Source of the DNA: Methylacidiphilum caldifontis
GTDB lineage: Bacteria > Verrucomicrobiota > Verrucomicrobiia > Methylacidiphilales > CAMAQI01
Assembly: GCA_945860255.1 (NCBI GenBank)
Contig: CAMAQI010000003.1
Location: 1 to 35,210, forward strand
Reading direction: 5' to 3'
DNA: 35,210 bases
Part shown: positions 17,859-25,970 of the stretch, in pieces
Layout of the letters: every line of letters begins with the position of its first letter
Numbering within the stretch: the first letter of the stretch is position 1
Made by a program: the position numbers and the translations under genes
The notes under the pieces: model-generated
What the model saw: only the letters and a program-made list of their open reading frames with translations
What the model was told of the DNA's origin: nothing
Database searches by the model: none

Positions 17859-18472
17859 GATACTACCTTTTAGGATTATTTGTAGTGGTCACAGCGATTC
17901 TCTGTGTCGTCGGCTTTCGCGGTCAAATGACCGAGCGAACACCGATCGAGCTCTTTGATGACATGGATCGCCAAGCTAAAGTAAAATACCAAAAGCCCAG
18001 TGAGTTCTTTGCGGATGGACGAGCCTCTCGGATGCCGGTTACGGGAACGATTCCTGCAACCATTCCGATTGATGATGAATATTTCGTGACCGGAGCGATT
18101 GGAAATCAGTGGGGAGATGGAATGCCGAAAAGCGTAACGGTTTCCACCAAGTTTATGGCTGCGGGGAAAGAGCGTTATGAGATTAACTGTCGGGTCTGTC
18201 ACGGATCGACAGGAATGGGCAACGGGATTGTGACTCAATACGGATTAGCAGGAGTCGCTAACTTGCTTGATGAGCGTATCCGAACGATGTCGGATGGAGA
18301 GCTCTTTAATACGATTACCAAGGGTAAAGGGCAAATGATGGGCTACGGGGCAAATATCACCCCTCAGGATCGATGGGCGATTGTCGCTTATATGCGGGCA
18401 CTTCAACGAAGCCAAAAAGCTTCATTAAGTGACGTTCCAGAAACTGAACGTGGAAAATTGCTGAAAAAATAA
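17855..18472 (+). CDS. actE: Alternative complex III monoheme cytochrome c ActE
   Basis: DMDRQAK, FFADG, a single CRVCH, GKGQMMGY and DRWAIVAYMRALQ. Confidence 0.93.
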   Translation: MRYYLLGLFVVVTAILCVVGFRGQMTERTPIELFDDMDRQAKVKYQKPSEFFADGRASRMPVTGTIPATIPIDDEYFVTGAIGNQWGDGMPKSVTVSTKFMAAGKERYEINCRVCHGSTGMGNGIVTQYGLAGVANLLDERIRTMSDGELFNTITKGKGQMMGYGANITPQDRWAIVAYMRALQRSQKASLSDVPETERGKLLKK

Positions 18473-18485
18473 CAGGTCAAAAGTC

Positions 18486-19712
18486 ATGGAAGCAAAAGTT
18501 CAAGATCGAGTCAGTTTAAAGAAAGAGGACCTAGGGGGGACGATTACCGCCCTTTGGGTCATTGGGATTATCGGATTGATTGGTGCGGCAATTGGCTGTC
18601 ATCTGAATCCGAAGGCCTTTAATTTTTCGTGGTTATTTTCTTTTATGGTATTTTACACGATGGCAGCCGGTTGCTTTTTCTGGCTCATCGTTCAACATGC
18701 GACAAATTCCGGATGGAATACCTTGGTTCGCCGTCAATTGGAGAACGTTGTCGGGGTATTTCCTTATTTGGCCTTATTCTTTATTCCGTTATTGCCAATT
18801 GTCGGTGGAGATCGTCTTCACTCGCTCTGGCCTTGGTTAGATCCTGCGGTGACGGACCATGATCCTCTTTATCATGCAAAGGCTGGTTATTTTACGATGG
18901 GTTTTGATTGGCCCGCCTTTTTTTATGTACGCTTGGCCTTTTACTTTACGACTTTTGTATTAGTCGGGGCTTGGTTTCGTCGTCGATCGCTACAACAAGA
19001 TAGCGATGGTCATCCGATTCACTCGGTAGTGATGAGAAAGACTTCTTATGGCGTGATCGCCCTCTTTGCGATCAGCATAAGTTTCTCGGCAATCGATTGG
19101 ATGATGAGTATGGATTATCGTTGGTATTCAACGATGTGGGGAGTTTATATTTTTGCAGGCTCTGCAGGTTCCGCAATGGCGCTCTTGGCGATCATTCTTC
19201 ATGCTTTGAAAGCAAAGGGATACCTTCAACTCGTCACTGAGGAGCATTTTCATATTGTTGGTAAGTTGATGTTTGCCTTCACGATTTTCTGGTCCTACAT
19301 CGCGTTCAGTCAATTCATGTTGATCTGGTATGCAAATATTCCGGAAGAGACGATTTTTTATAAAATTCGTAATACGCCCGAATGGTTTCCATTAAGTATT
19401 GGATTGCTCTTGGGACATTTTATTATTCCGTTTCTTTGGTTACTCGGACAGGCGGCAAAGAAAACCCCATGGCGCCTCATCGCAGGGGCTTCGTGGATGA
19501 TTTTCATTCATATGTGTGATCTTTATTGGATTATCATGCCCGTTTATCAAAAGAGTCCGATTCCAGATTGGAAACATTTCCTTCTCAATGGAAGTTGCCT
19601 TTTGGGGATAGGTTGCATTATTGCGGCGGTTTTCTTGAGAAATCTGACAAAAGCAAACCTCTATCCTGTGAAAGATCCTCGTCTGGACGAGTCGATTCAC
19701 TTAAAGAATTAA
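18486..19712 (+). CDS. actF: Alternative complex III membrane subunit ActF
   Basis: Polytopic protein with AIDWMMSMD..WYSTMWG, FWSYIAFSQFMLIWYANIPEET and PVKDPRL. Confidence 0.93.
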   Translation: MEAKVQDRVSLKKEDLGGTITALWVIGIIGLIGAAIGCHLNPKAFNFSWLFSFMVFYTMAAGCFFWLIVQHATNSGWNTLVRRQLENVVGVFPYLALFFIPLLPIVGGDRLHSLWPWLDPAVTDHDPLYHAKAGYFTMGFDWPAFFYVRLAFYFTTFVLVGAWFRRRSLQQDSDGHPIHSVVMRKTSYGVIALFAISISFSAIDWMMSMDYRWYSTMWGVYIFAGSAGSAMALLAIILHALKAKGYLQLVTEEHFHIVGKLMFAFTIFWSYIAFSQFMLIWYANIPEETIFYKIRNTPEWFPLSIGLLLGHFIIPFLWLLGQAAKKTPWRLIAGASWMIFIHMCDLYWIIMPVYQKSPIPDWKHFLLNGSCLLGIGCIIAAVFLRNLTKANLYPVKDPRLDESIHLKN

Positions 19713-19721
19713 GGAAAATTT

Positions 19722-20054
19722 ATGACAGATACCCATGACTCATCAGAATCGAAAGGGGGCTTCGGCTCTTTTTTAAAGATCTCCTTAGGGATTGCTTTTT
19801 TTGCTTTCGTGACTGGATCGATTCTTTGTGCTTATCGTTTGGAGAATAAGACCTACGATCAAACGCGTGCGATTGAGCGGACAAAAAAATTAAATGAGCT
19901 GCGTACTAAAGAGGCAGCGATTTTGGATTCCTACGCTGTTTTGGATGAGGCAAAAGGGATTTATCAAATTCCGATTGCAAGATCGATGGAGCTTGAGATT
20001 GAGGCGCTGAAGGACAAGCCTCTTCGTACAGTGGGAGTGATCCCTGTTAAATAA
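19722..20054 (+). CDS. Small single-TM ACIII-associated protein (ActG-like)
   Basis: 110 aa with one TM, and LDSYAVLDEAKGIYQIPIARSME resembling the Y..vD...G...IPI..AM motif of ActG-type proteins. Positioned after actF. Confidence 0.7.
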   Translation: MTDTHDSSESKGGFGSFLKISLGIAFFAFVTGSILCAYRLENKTYDQTRAIERTKKLNELRTKEAAILDSYAVLDEAKGIYQIPIARSMELEIEALKDKPLRTVGVIPVK

Positions 20055-20063
20055 AGGTTTTAT

Positions 20064-21539
20064 ATGAATGGCTCAAAAGATGTACAGTTAGAGGGGTATG
20101 GCGATGAGAATTTAGACCGTTCTTTGCAGGGACCGTTAAGTCTTCTTTTTGTTTGCTCTGCCTTATGGTTGGTCGTCTCCAGTCTTTTAGGAGCAGTCGC
20201 TTTTTGGCAGCTTAAATTTCCTGGATTAATTGATTTTAAAGCTGGGATTCAGACTCCTTATGTCGGATGGTTTTTTGATTTCATTCATCAGGCCTTGAAT
20301 TATGGACGTGCCGTTGCGGCGACGAAGAGCGTGATGATTTACGGGTGGTTGTTGCAAGGATTCCTTGGGGTGGCGATTTGGCTCACGGGACGTTTGACAA
20401 AGAAGATGATTTGTAAAACAGGAAACTATTTTTTACTCGGGGCCATTGCGCTTTGGAATATCGGAGTTCTTGTTGGGTTAATGGGAGTTTTCTCAGGGGA
20501 AGCGAGTGGGTTTTCCGGATTTGATTTTCCGAAATATGCCGCAGCAATTCTCTTTACTGCTTACGCTTTTATCGGTTTAGGGATGGGAATGCGATTTGCG
20601 AAGAAGAGTTGTTCGGTACCGACGCCATCAGAATGGTATTTGATCGGGGCAATCTTCTGGTTTCCTTGGTTTTTCGGGGTCGCCTACTATTTTGTTTTTT
20701 GTAAAGTCGTTTTTGGGGTGATGCCTGCACTCGTCCATGCGTGGTATATCGGGGGACTTGAAGTGTTGGTGTTAGGATCTTTAGCGATATCGATTCTTTA
20801 CTATTTAGTCCCTTCGATTTTGGGGTTGGCGTTAAATCGAGTTCATTCTGCGAAAAGTGCGTTTTGGTTTTTTGCCTTTTTAGGAGCTTGGTCAGGGGTT
20901 CGACATTTGGTTGGCGGACCGCTTCCGGCATGGATGATTAGCTCAAGTGTTGTTGCGGGGGTATTGCTTTTGATTCCAGGAACGATCATCGCCAATAATC
21001 AAATGGTTCCGCTTTGGTCAAACTGGTGCAAGGTTAAGTCGACGCCCGTTCTCTGGTATTTGGCGACCGGCGGGGTTTCCCTTTTAGTTTGGATTTCGCT
21101 TGAGGCCATGATGTCGTTACGAGGAGTAAGTGCGGCGCTTCGATTCAGCTATTTTGAAATGGGAGTTTCAGCGGTTTTTGAATATGCCTTTTTATCGATG
21201 GTTTTATTCGGATCGATCTATGCGATTCTTCCGACGCTGACTGGAAAAGAACTACCATGCTGTGTGAAGTGCTGTTCCAAGTGTCAATTTTGGTGGGGCT
21301 TTTGTGGAGTGATTACTTTTTTTACGGGAACATTTTTTGCTGGGACCTTTATGGGATTGGGAATTAACTTCGCTCCGATGGCTTTTGTCGCAACAACGAA
21401 TTTAGCAAGTCCCTTCTTTTGGCTCTCAGTGGCAGGAGGGATCATGGTTCTTCTTGCGAATTTAATCTTCGTCAAAAACGTAGTAGCAACGGTGTTGTCT
21501 GCTTGTTGTGAATCGAATAAGGAAGGATGTTGCTCATGA
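20064..21539 (+). CDS. cbb3-type oxidase subunit I (CcoN)-fold membrane protein lacking most heme/Cu histidine ligands; Cys-rich
   Basis: About 12 TMs with CcoN landmarks (LNYGR, WNIG, SEWY, WY, YYLVP, GPLPAW, FGSIY..LP), but only four His in 491 aa. Followed by a CcoO-like gene. Confidence 0.8.
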   Translation: MNGSKDVQLEGYGDENLDRSLQGPLSLLFVCSALWLVVSSLLGAVAFWQLKFPGLIDFKAGIQTPYVGWFFDFIHQALNYGRAVAATKSVMIYGWLLQGFLGVAIWLTGRLTKKMICKTGNYFLLGAIALWNIGVLVGLMGVFSGEASGFSGFDFPKYAAAILFTAYAFIGLGMGMRFAKKSCSVPTPSEWYLIGAIFWFPWFFGVAYYFVFCKVVFGVMPALVHAWYIGGLEVLVLGSLAISILYYLVPSILGLALNRVHSAKSAFWFFAFLGAWSGVRHLVGGPLPAWMISSSVVAGVLLLIPGTIIANNQMVPLWSNWCKVKSTPVLWYLATGGVSLLVWISLEAMMSLRGVSAALRFSYFEMGVSAVFEYAFLSMVLFGSIYAILPTLTGKELPCCVKCCSKCQFWWGFCGVITFFTGTFFAGTFMGLGINFAPMAFVATTNLASPFFWLSVAGGIMVLLANLIFVKNVVATVLSACCESNKEGCCS

Positions 21540-22189
21540 ATGGTTACGGACGTCTTTTTGTCGGAATCTTGTTTGCCTTTGTTTTCTCTTGGGCGGCGTT
21601 GATTTTAGTTCCTTTAAATCAGGTGGGAAACTTAATGCCTTTGGAGGATCAAACCAGTGGGGATCTGAACCCACCCGCGTTGAGTGGTTTAGCGAAACGA
21701 GGCTCTCAAGTCTATGCGGCTAATGGATGTGCCAGTTGCCATACGCAGCAGGTTCGCTCGGAGAGCGGCGGTTCGGATATTGCGCGTCAATGGGGAGCTC
21801 GTCAAACGGTGGCTCGCGATTATTTATATCATTCGAATCCGAATTTGGGTTCAATGCGCTTAGGGCCGGATCTTGCAAATTTGGGAGTCGAGCGCCCTGA
21901 TTTGAATGTCAATGCAGGGCCGAAGAAAAAATATGATGCAGCGGGGCTTCACCAACTTTTTTATGCCCCTCGATCGATCAAGGGATCAAGCCATCCGAGT
22001 TATTCCTTTTTATATGAGAAACGGGAAATTAAGGGAGCCAATGCAGAGGTCTCTTTGATTCTTCCTGTCGGATTTGAAACAGAAGAGGGGAAAGAGGTTG
22101 TTCCTTCCGAAGATGCGAAAGCGTTGGTCGCTTATCTTCTCTCTTTAAATCGTATGTATGCGCTTCCTGAAGCGCCGGTGAAACCTTAA
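21536..22189 (+). CDS. cbb3-type oxidase subunit II (CcoO)-like monoheme cytochrome c
   Basis: N-terminal TM, G..VY...GCASCHTQQVR, GSMRLGPDLANLG and ALVAYLLSL. Start 21536 preferred (ATGA overlap; AAGGAAGGA at 21519-21527). Confidence 0.85.
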   Translation: MNGYGRLFVGILFAFVFSWAALILVPLNQVGNLMPLEDQTSGDLNPPALSGLAKRGSQVYAANGCASCHTQQVRSESGGSDIARQWGARQTVARDYLYHSNPNLGSMRLGPDLANLGVERPDLNVNAGPKKKYDAAGLHQLFYAPRSIKGSSHPSYSFLYEKREIKGANAEVSLILPVGFETEEGKEVVPSEDAKALVAYLLSLNRMYALPEAPVKP

Positions 22190-22203
22190 AGAGGAACGGG
22201 TGT

Positions 22204-22803
22204 ATGTCTGATCATTCTTCAAATCAATCGAACGAAAATTCTCATCAAGAATCGATGCTTCCTCAGTGGATGTATTGGGTTTTTGCAGCCCTTCTTATTT
22301 GGGGAGGGGCTTATTTAATGCGTTATTCCGGAGGGTTCAGCGGTGAGGTTTATGATGAATCGACGGTGACTTATGGACCGGTAAAAGGGGGAGCGGCGGC
22401 GGTCGAAGATCCTAAGGTTTTAGGGGCACGGGTTTATAAAGCGAATTGCGCACAGTGTCATCAATTGACAGGACTCGGCGTTGAGGGGCAGTATCCTCCG
22501 TTGGCTGGTTCGGAATTTGTATTAGGCAGTGAGGCTCATGTGATCCGTATTCTGCTTCATGGTTTAGTTGGCCCTATTACGGTGAACGGAAAACCTTACA
22601 ATGGGAATATGGCCCCTTGGAAAGATGTTTTGGATGACAAAAAAATCTCTCAAGTGCTCACTTATATTCGATCGGATTGGGGAAATAATGCCTCGGCGAT
22701 TACTCCAGAGATGGTTGCGGCAGTTCGCAAAGAAGAGGCAGCGCGTTCGGCCTCTTGGACTGAAAAAGAGCTTGAAGCGGCTCCTAAGGTTCTTCCGAAA
22801 TAG
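22204..22803 (+). CDS. Membrane-anchored monoheme class I cytochrome c
   Basis: LPQW..TM anchor, G..VY..NCAQCHQ..G.G....YPPLAGS, YNGNMAPW (axial Met) and LTYIRSDWGN. Confidence 0.9.
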   Translation: MSDHSSNQSNENSHQESMLPQWMYWVFAALLIWGGAYLMRYSGGFSGEVYDESTVTYGPVKGGAAAVEDPKVLGARVYKANCAQCHQLTGLGVEGQYPPLAGSEFVLGSEAHVIRILLHGLVGPITVNGKPYNGNMAPWKDVLDDKKISQVLTYIRSDWGNNASAITPEMVAAVRKEEAARSASWTEKELEAAPKVLPK

Positions 22804-22830
22804 ACTCTTTTCCGAATTGCAATTTTTCCT

Positions 22831-22874
22831 AAACTGTTGGAAATCCGTATGATCGGTGGTTCCAACTGTTTTTT
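22831..22874 (+). terminator. Probable intrinsic terminator of the ACIII operon
   Basis: AAAC-t-GTTGGAA ... TTCCAAC-t-GTTT stem with an inner CCG/CGG, and a T6 tract (22869-22874), starting about 28 nt after the last stop codon. Confidence 0.55.
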
Positions 22875-22883
22875 AGATTGAAA

Positions 22884-22916
22884 CCTTTGCGGAACTCTGC
22901 GTCCTTTGCGGTGAAA
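22884..22916. repeat. Short tandem CTYTGCG repeat unit (REP-like element)
   Basis: CTTTGCG-gaa-CTCTGCG-tc-CTTTGCG-GTGAAA: three heptamers at 22885, 22895 and 22904. Confidence 0.55.
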
Positions 22917-23025
22917 AATGAATTTCGTTGCGTCGCCGCGGGAGACGTTCCCCTGTATTTGAGAGGCATTTAAGCTATCCAGCGATTAGGCCTTCCTCGA
23001 TTTATCCCTAATACAGGAAGTGGGA

Positions 23026-24033
23026 TTATTCTTGGATGGAGACGGTCATTCCGATGCGGATCATTTTGAGAAGCTTTTCGGCGTTCCAGTTGCAAAGGCG
23101 GAAGCAGCCGTGGGATTGGGTGGCGGAGATCTCTTCTGGGATGGGAGTTCCATGGATCCCATAACCAGGGAGGCTGAGGCCAATCCAAGCGGTTCCAACA
23201 GGGTTATTAGGTCCAGGGGGGATAATGAGTTTTTTTGTGATTTTTTCCTGAAGCGCTGCTCCCTTAAAAAGTTCCGGATCAAAGGTATAGTTAGGGTTGG
23301 GGGCGAAATTTTTTACGGTTAAAATTCCAGTCGGTCTTTTTTGTTTGTCGGCAGCGATGGAGCAGGCGAAGTGGCATAGGATGAGTCCAGTCGCATCGAT
23401 TCCTTGAATACTCGTTTCCGAAAGAGAGATGCGGATTGAGTCGATTTTAGGAAGGGGGAGAAATCCCTGAAGGTTGGGAACAAGAAGTTGGTCTCCAAGC
23501 TTAGGCTCTTTAACCGTGGGGTTGAGCTCCTTGATGAAGCGTTGAGCCGTATGATGGCGCTCGGCAATGAGTTCCCATAGGGAATGGTATCCGAGAGTTT
23601 TTTGCTGACTTTTCTCGATCCAAGTGGAGAGCGGGGGGGTGATCTGAAGAAGATCGCTTTCTGTGATGGTGTAATAGGTAAAGGGGTCACTTAACGGGTG
23701 GAGAAGATTTTTTGTATTCGAGTCGAGAGTTCCTGTGATCGGGAGTTTTTGGTTTTCTTGAAAGGCGGCAATTGCACGGGTCGTTCGCTTGCCCTCTCGG
23801 CCATCAATGAAGCCGCAAGAAAAGTGACGCTGTTCGAGTCCGATTTGAAGTTGAGCTCGTTCAAATTTAGTGAGAGGCTTAGGGGGAGTTGTTGTCGGTT
23901 GAGCGGAGAGAAAGAAAATCGTTCCGATGAAAACGATGAAGCATGCAAGAGAGCGGAATCGCTTGGCAACCCAATGACTTAAAAGCCTGGGGGAGATAAA
24001 GGAAGCTTTCAATGCGACGATTTTGCATTGCAC
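23026..24033 (-). CDS. L,D-transpeptidase (YkuD family) with an N-terminal peptidoglycan-binding domain
   Basis: LQIGL....F..G.IDG..G..T..AI.AFQ...L..TG.LD (PG_binding_1) and catalytic GPNNPVG..WIGL...GYGIHGT...SHGCFRL. The start is uncertain and may lie closer to the hydrophobic signal FIVFIGTIFFLSA. Confidence 0.9.
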   Translation of the reverse strand: MQCKIVALKASFISPRLLSHWVAKRFRSLACFIVFIGTIFFLSAQPTTTPPKPLTKFERAQLQIGLEQRHFSCGFIDGREGKRTTRAIAAFQENQKLPITGTLDSNTKNLLHPLSDPFTYYTITESDLLQITPPLSTWIEKSQQKTLGYHSLWELIAERHHTAQRFIKELNPTVKEPKLGDQLLVPNLQGFLPLPKIDSIRISLSETSIQGIDATGLILCHFACSIAADKQKRPTGILTVKNFAPNPNYTFDPELFKGAALQEKITKKLIIPPGPNNPVGTAWIGLSLPGYGIHGTPIPEEISATQSHGCFRLCNWNAEKLLKMIRIGMTVSIQE

Positions 24034-24221
24034 TGAATATTTGAAAAGAGATTTATCATCAATCGGTTTAAGATCGAAACCAAGGATATCTCCTTAATGA
24101 AAACATTCTCACCCTCATCCAAATCGCTTTGAATTCAGATTGATGAATTTTAAATTCGTTTTTTTGTTTTAGGGTTATCAATTCTTTATAGCGAGCCAGC
24201 GATGGGGCTTGTTATGATGTT

Positions 24222-25205
24222 TCACCGTCGCTTATCAGAGGATCTAAAGAATGCGACGAGAGGACGGTGGTCGCTGGCTGAGGTACTGAGATAGGATTCG
24301 GGGTCTCCTTCTTTGGAGCGGTAGATAAAGGACTTTTCTTTGATCCAATCGCGCATGAGTCCTTCGCTAGCGATCATGTAATCGATTCGGCTATAGGATT
24401 TGTCGGGAAAGTAGAAATGAGTCCACCAGTCTCCGAGCCAGTCTTGGAGCCAGAGGTCGTAGGTGGGAATCTCGCTTCCTTTCGTTCCGATAATGGTTTT
24501 AACGGCCTTACTGCGAGGGGTATCATTGAGATCTCCCATCAGCAGGAGATTTGCTTCAGGCTGGGCAACAAGAAGTCGGTTCAGGGTGTTTTTGATGAGC
24601 AGGGCTTCTTGACGTCTGACGTAGTCATCTCCTGTTTCATTGGGGGAATCGGAAAGAAGGGAGGGGTCGGGACGTTTTGATTTGAGGTGAACCTGCATGA
24701 GTTGAAGTTCGTAGTCAGGAGTAATTTGAATGCGAAGATGGAGAAGTCCTCTTAAGAGTCCTTGGGGAGAACGCTCACGAGAGCCTTCTTTGGATTGATG
24801 GGTGACTTCGAATTGAAGGCTGGAATGAGAGTATTGTTCAAGAATCGGAAAACGGGAGAAGACGGCGCATTGGATTCGTAAGTCACTGCCATGAACGGTG
24901 GCGAAATAGGGATAATCGAGGCCCACTTTTTTAAGCCGCTCTTGGAGGAGTTTTAGGTAACGATCTTGAGGGTCACGAAGGATCTCACTAACTCCAAGAA
25001 TATCAGGGTGAATTCGTTTCAGAATCGTGAGAATGGATTTCATCTCCTCCTCCGGTTTCATGGCCTCTTTTTCAAATCGTCCGTTGACAAATCGGTCGGT
25101 GACCCCCCAGTTCTGGATGTTCCAGGTACAGACAGAGTAGCTTTCGGAAGATTGAGAAAAAAGCGTGACTGAGTGTAGGAAAAGAAAAAAGAGGAAAAGA
25201 GGCAT
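24222..25205 (-). CDS. Secreted endonuclease/exonuclease/phosphatase (EEP) family protein
   Basis: TWNIQN, GVSEI, VHLKS, MGDLND, RIDY and SDHRP. ATG 25205 gives the signal peptide MPLFLFFLFLHSVTLFS. Confidence 0.9.
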   Translation of the reverse strand: MPLFLFFLFLHSVTLFSQSSESYSVCTWNIQNWGVTDRFVNGRFEKEAMKPEEEMKSILTILKRIHPDILGVSEILRDPQDRYLKLLQERLKKVGLDYPYFATVHGSDLRIQCAVFSRFPILEQYSHSSLQFEVTHQSKEGSRERSPQGLLRGLLHLRIQITPDYELQLMQVHLKSKRPDPSLLSDSPNETGDDYVRRQEALLIKNTLNRLLVAQPEANLLLMGDLNDTPRSKAVKTIIGTKGSEIPTYDLWLQDWLGDWWTHFYFPDKSYSRIDYMIASEGLMRDWIKEKSFIYRSKEGDPESYLSTSASDHRPLVAFFRSSDKRR

Positions 25206-25310
25206 GATGAGGAGTTGGGAGAAAAAAGGGGAGTCGTCAAGAGATTGTCTCAAGTCAGGGGGTCCGAAGGGGATAGAAAATGTGACTTTTTGAATCGCTC
25301 ATTCTAATTA

Positions 25311-25347
25311 TTGTCCGTTTTATTCAAGATATTTGTCCATTTCTCAA
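25311..25347 (+). promoter_or_regulatory. Direct-repeat candidate transcription-factor site upstream of the DoxX operon
   Basis: TTGTCCgTTTtatTCAA (25311-25327) and TTGTCCaTTTcTCAA (25333-25347), with a 22-bp period. Confidence 0.5.
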
Positions 25348-25385
25348 TTAGATTTAAATTCGAAATCTTGCCAAGGAAATATTAA

Positions 25386-25910
25386 ATGAAAATAATCATC
25401 CAATCGTTGTCTGCAATTTATCAATCCCCATCAATTCTCAGTTTTTGGCTGCTTCGTCTCTGGTTAGGGTTTCGAGCCTTACTAACTGGAATTGAAAAAT
25501 TTTCTGGTTATAAAATTGTTCAGGAACCCCTTTTAGATGAAACGGGAAATCCGGATATCACTGGGGCGATTGTTGAGGTTAAATACAAGTTTTATGCCTT
25601 GGCGAATTATCATGGGCTTCCAGAGGCATTATCGGCCAACTTTAAGAAAGAGCCACTACTTCATCCGTTTTTATTAAACGCTTATGCGACTGTTTTGGGG
25701 CCGCTTCTTCTTCTCACGGGAGGTTGTTTGTTGCTGGGGCTTTTCACGCGACTTTCACTTTATGTGATGGGGCTTCTTTATATTTCTTTGACCTTTGGAT
25801 TGATCATGATCAATCAGAACGACGGAATAGCCGCTTTAGCGGTGCATGTAGGTCTTTGCGCGTATGCACTTCATTTATCAGTGCATAATAAACTGGAGAT
25901 CGTTCGTTAA
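25386..25910 (+). CDS. DoxX-family membrane protein
   Basis: About 4 TMs, with LLRLWLG...LTGIEKF and G.CLLLGLFTR matching the DoxX pattern. Confidence 0.8.
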   Translation: MKIIIQSLSAIYQSPSILSFWLLRLWLGFRALLTGIEKFSGYKIVQEPLLDETGNPDITGAIVEVKYKFYALANYHGLPEALSANFKKEPLLHPFLLNAYATVLGPLLLLTGGCLLLGLFTRLSLYVMGLLYISLTFGLIMINQNDGIAALAVHVGLCAYALHLSVHNKLEIVR

Positions 25911-25970
25911 TTATAGATTTCTTCAAATGTCTATCGATTCAGATGATAAAATGAGTTGGAGGAAAAAAAG

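Noticed and set aside
20064-21539. Calling this gene a functional ccoN or a nitric oxide reductase NorB
   Set aside because: It has only four His in total, fewer than the six invariant ligands that both enzyme types require.
24143-24221. Plus-strand signal-peptide-like reading (MNFKFVF..LGLSILYSEPAMG) across a T7 tract, suggesting a phase-variable gene
   Set aside because: It needs a frameshift and would run antisense into the EEP gene, with no supporting downstream domain.
25551-25575. DITGAI in DoxX as an ApbE flavinylation site
   Set aside because: The residue that would carry FMN (final Ser/Thr of [ST]GA[ST]) is Ile.
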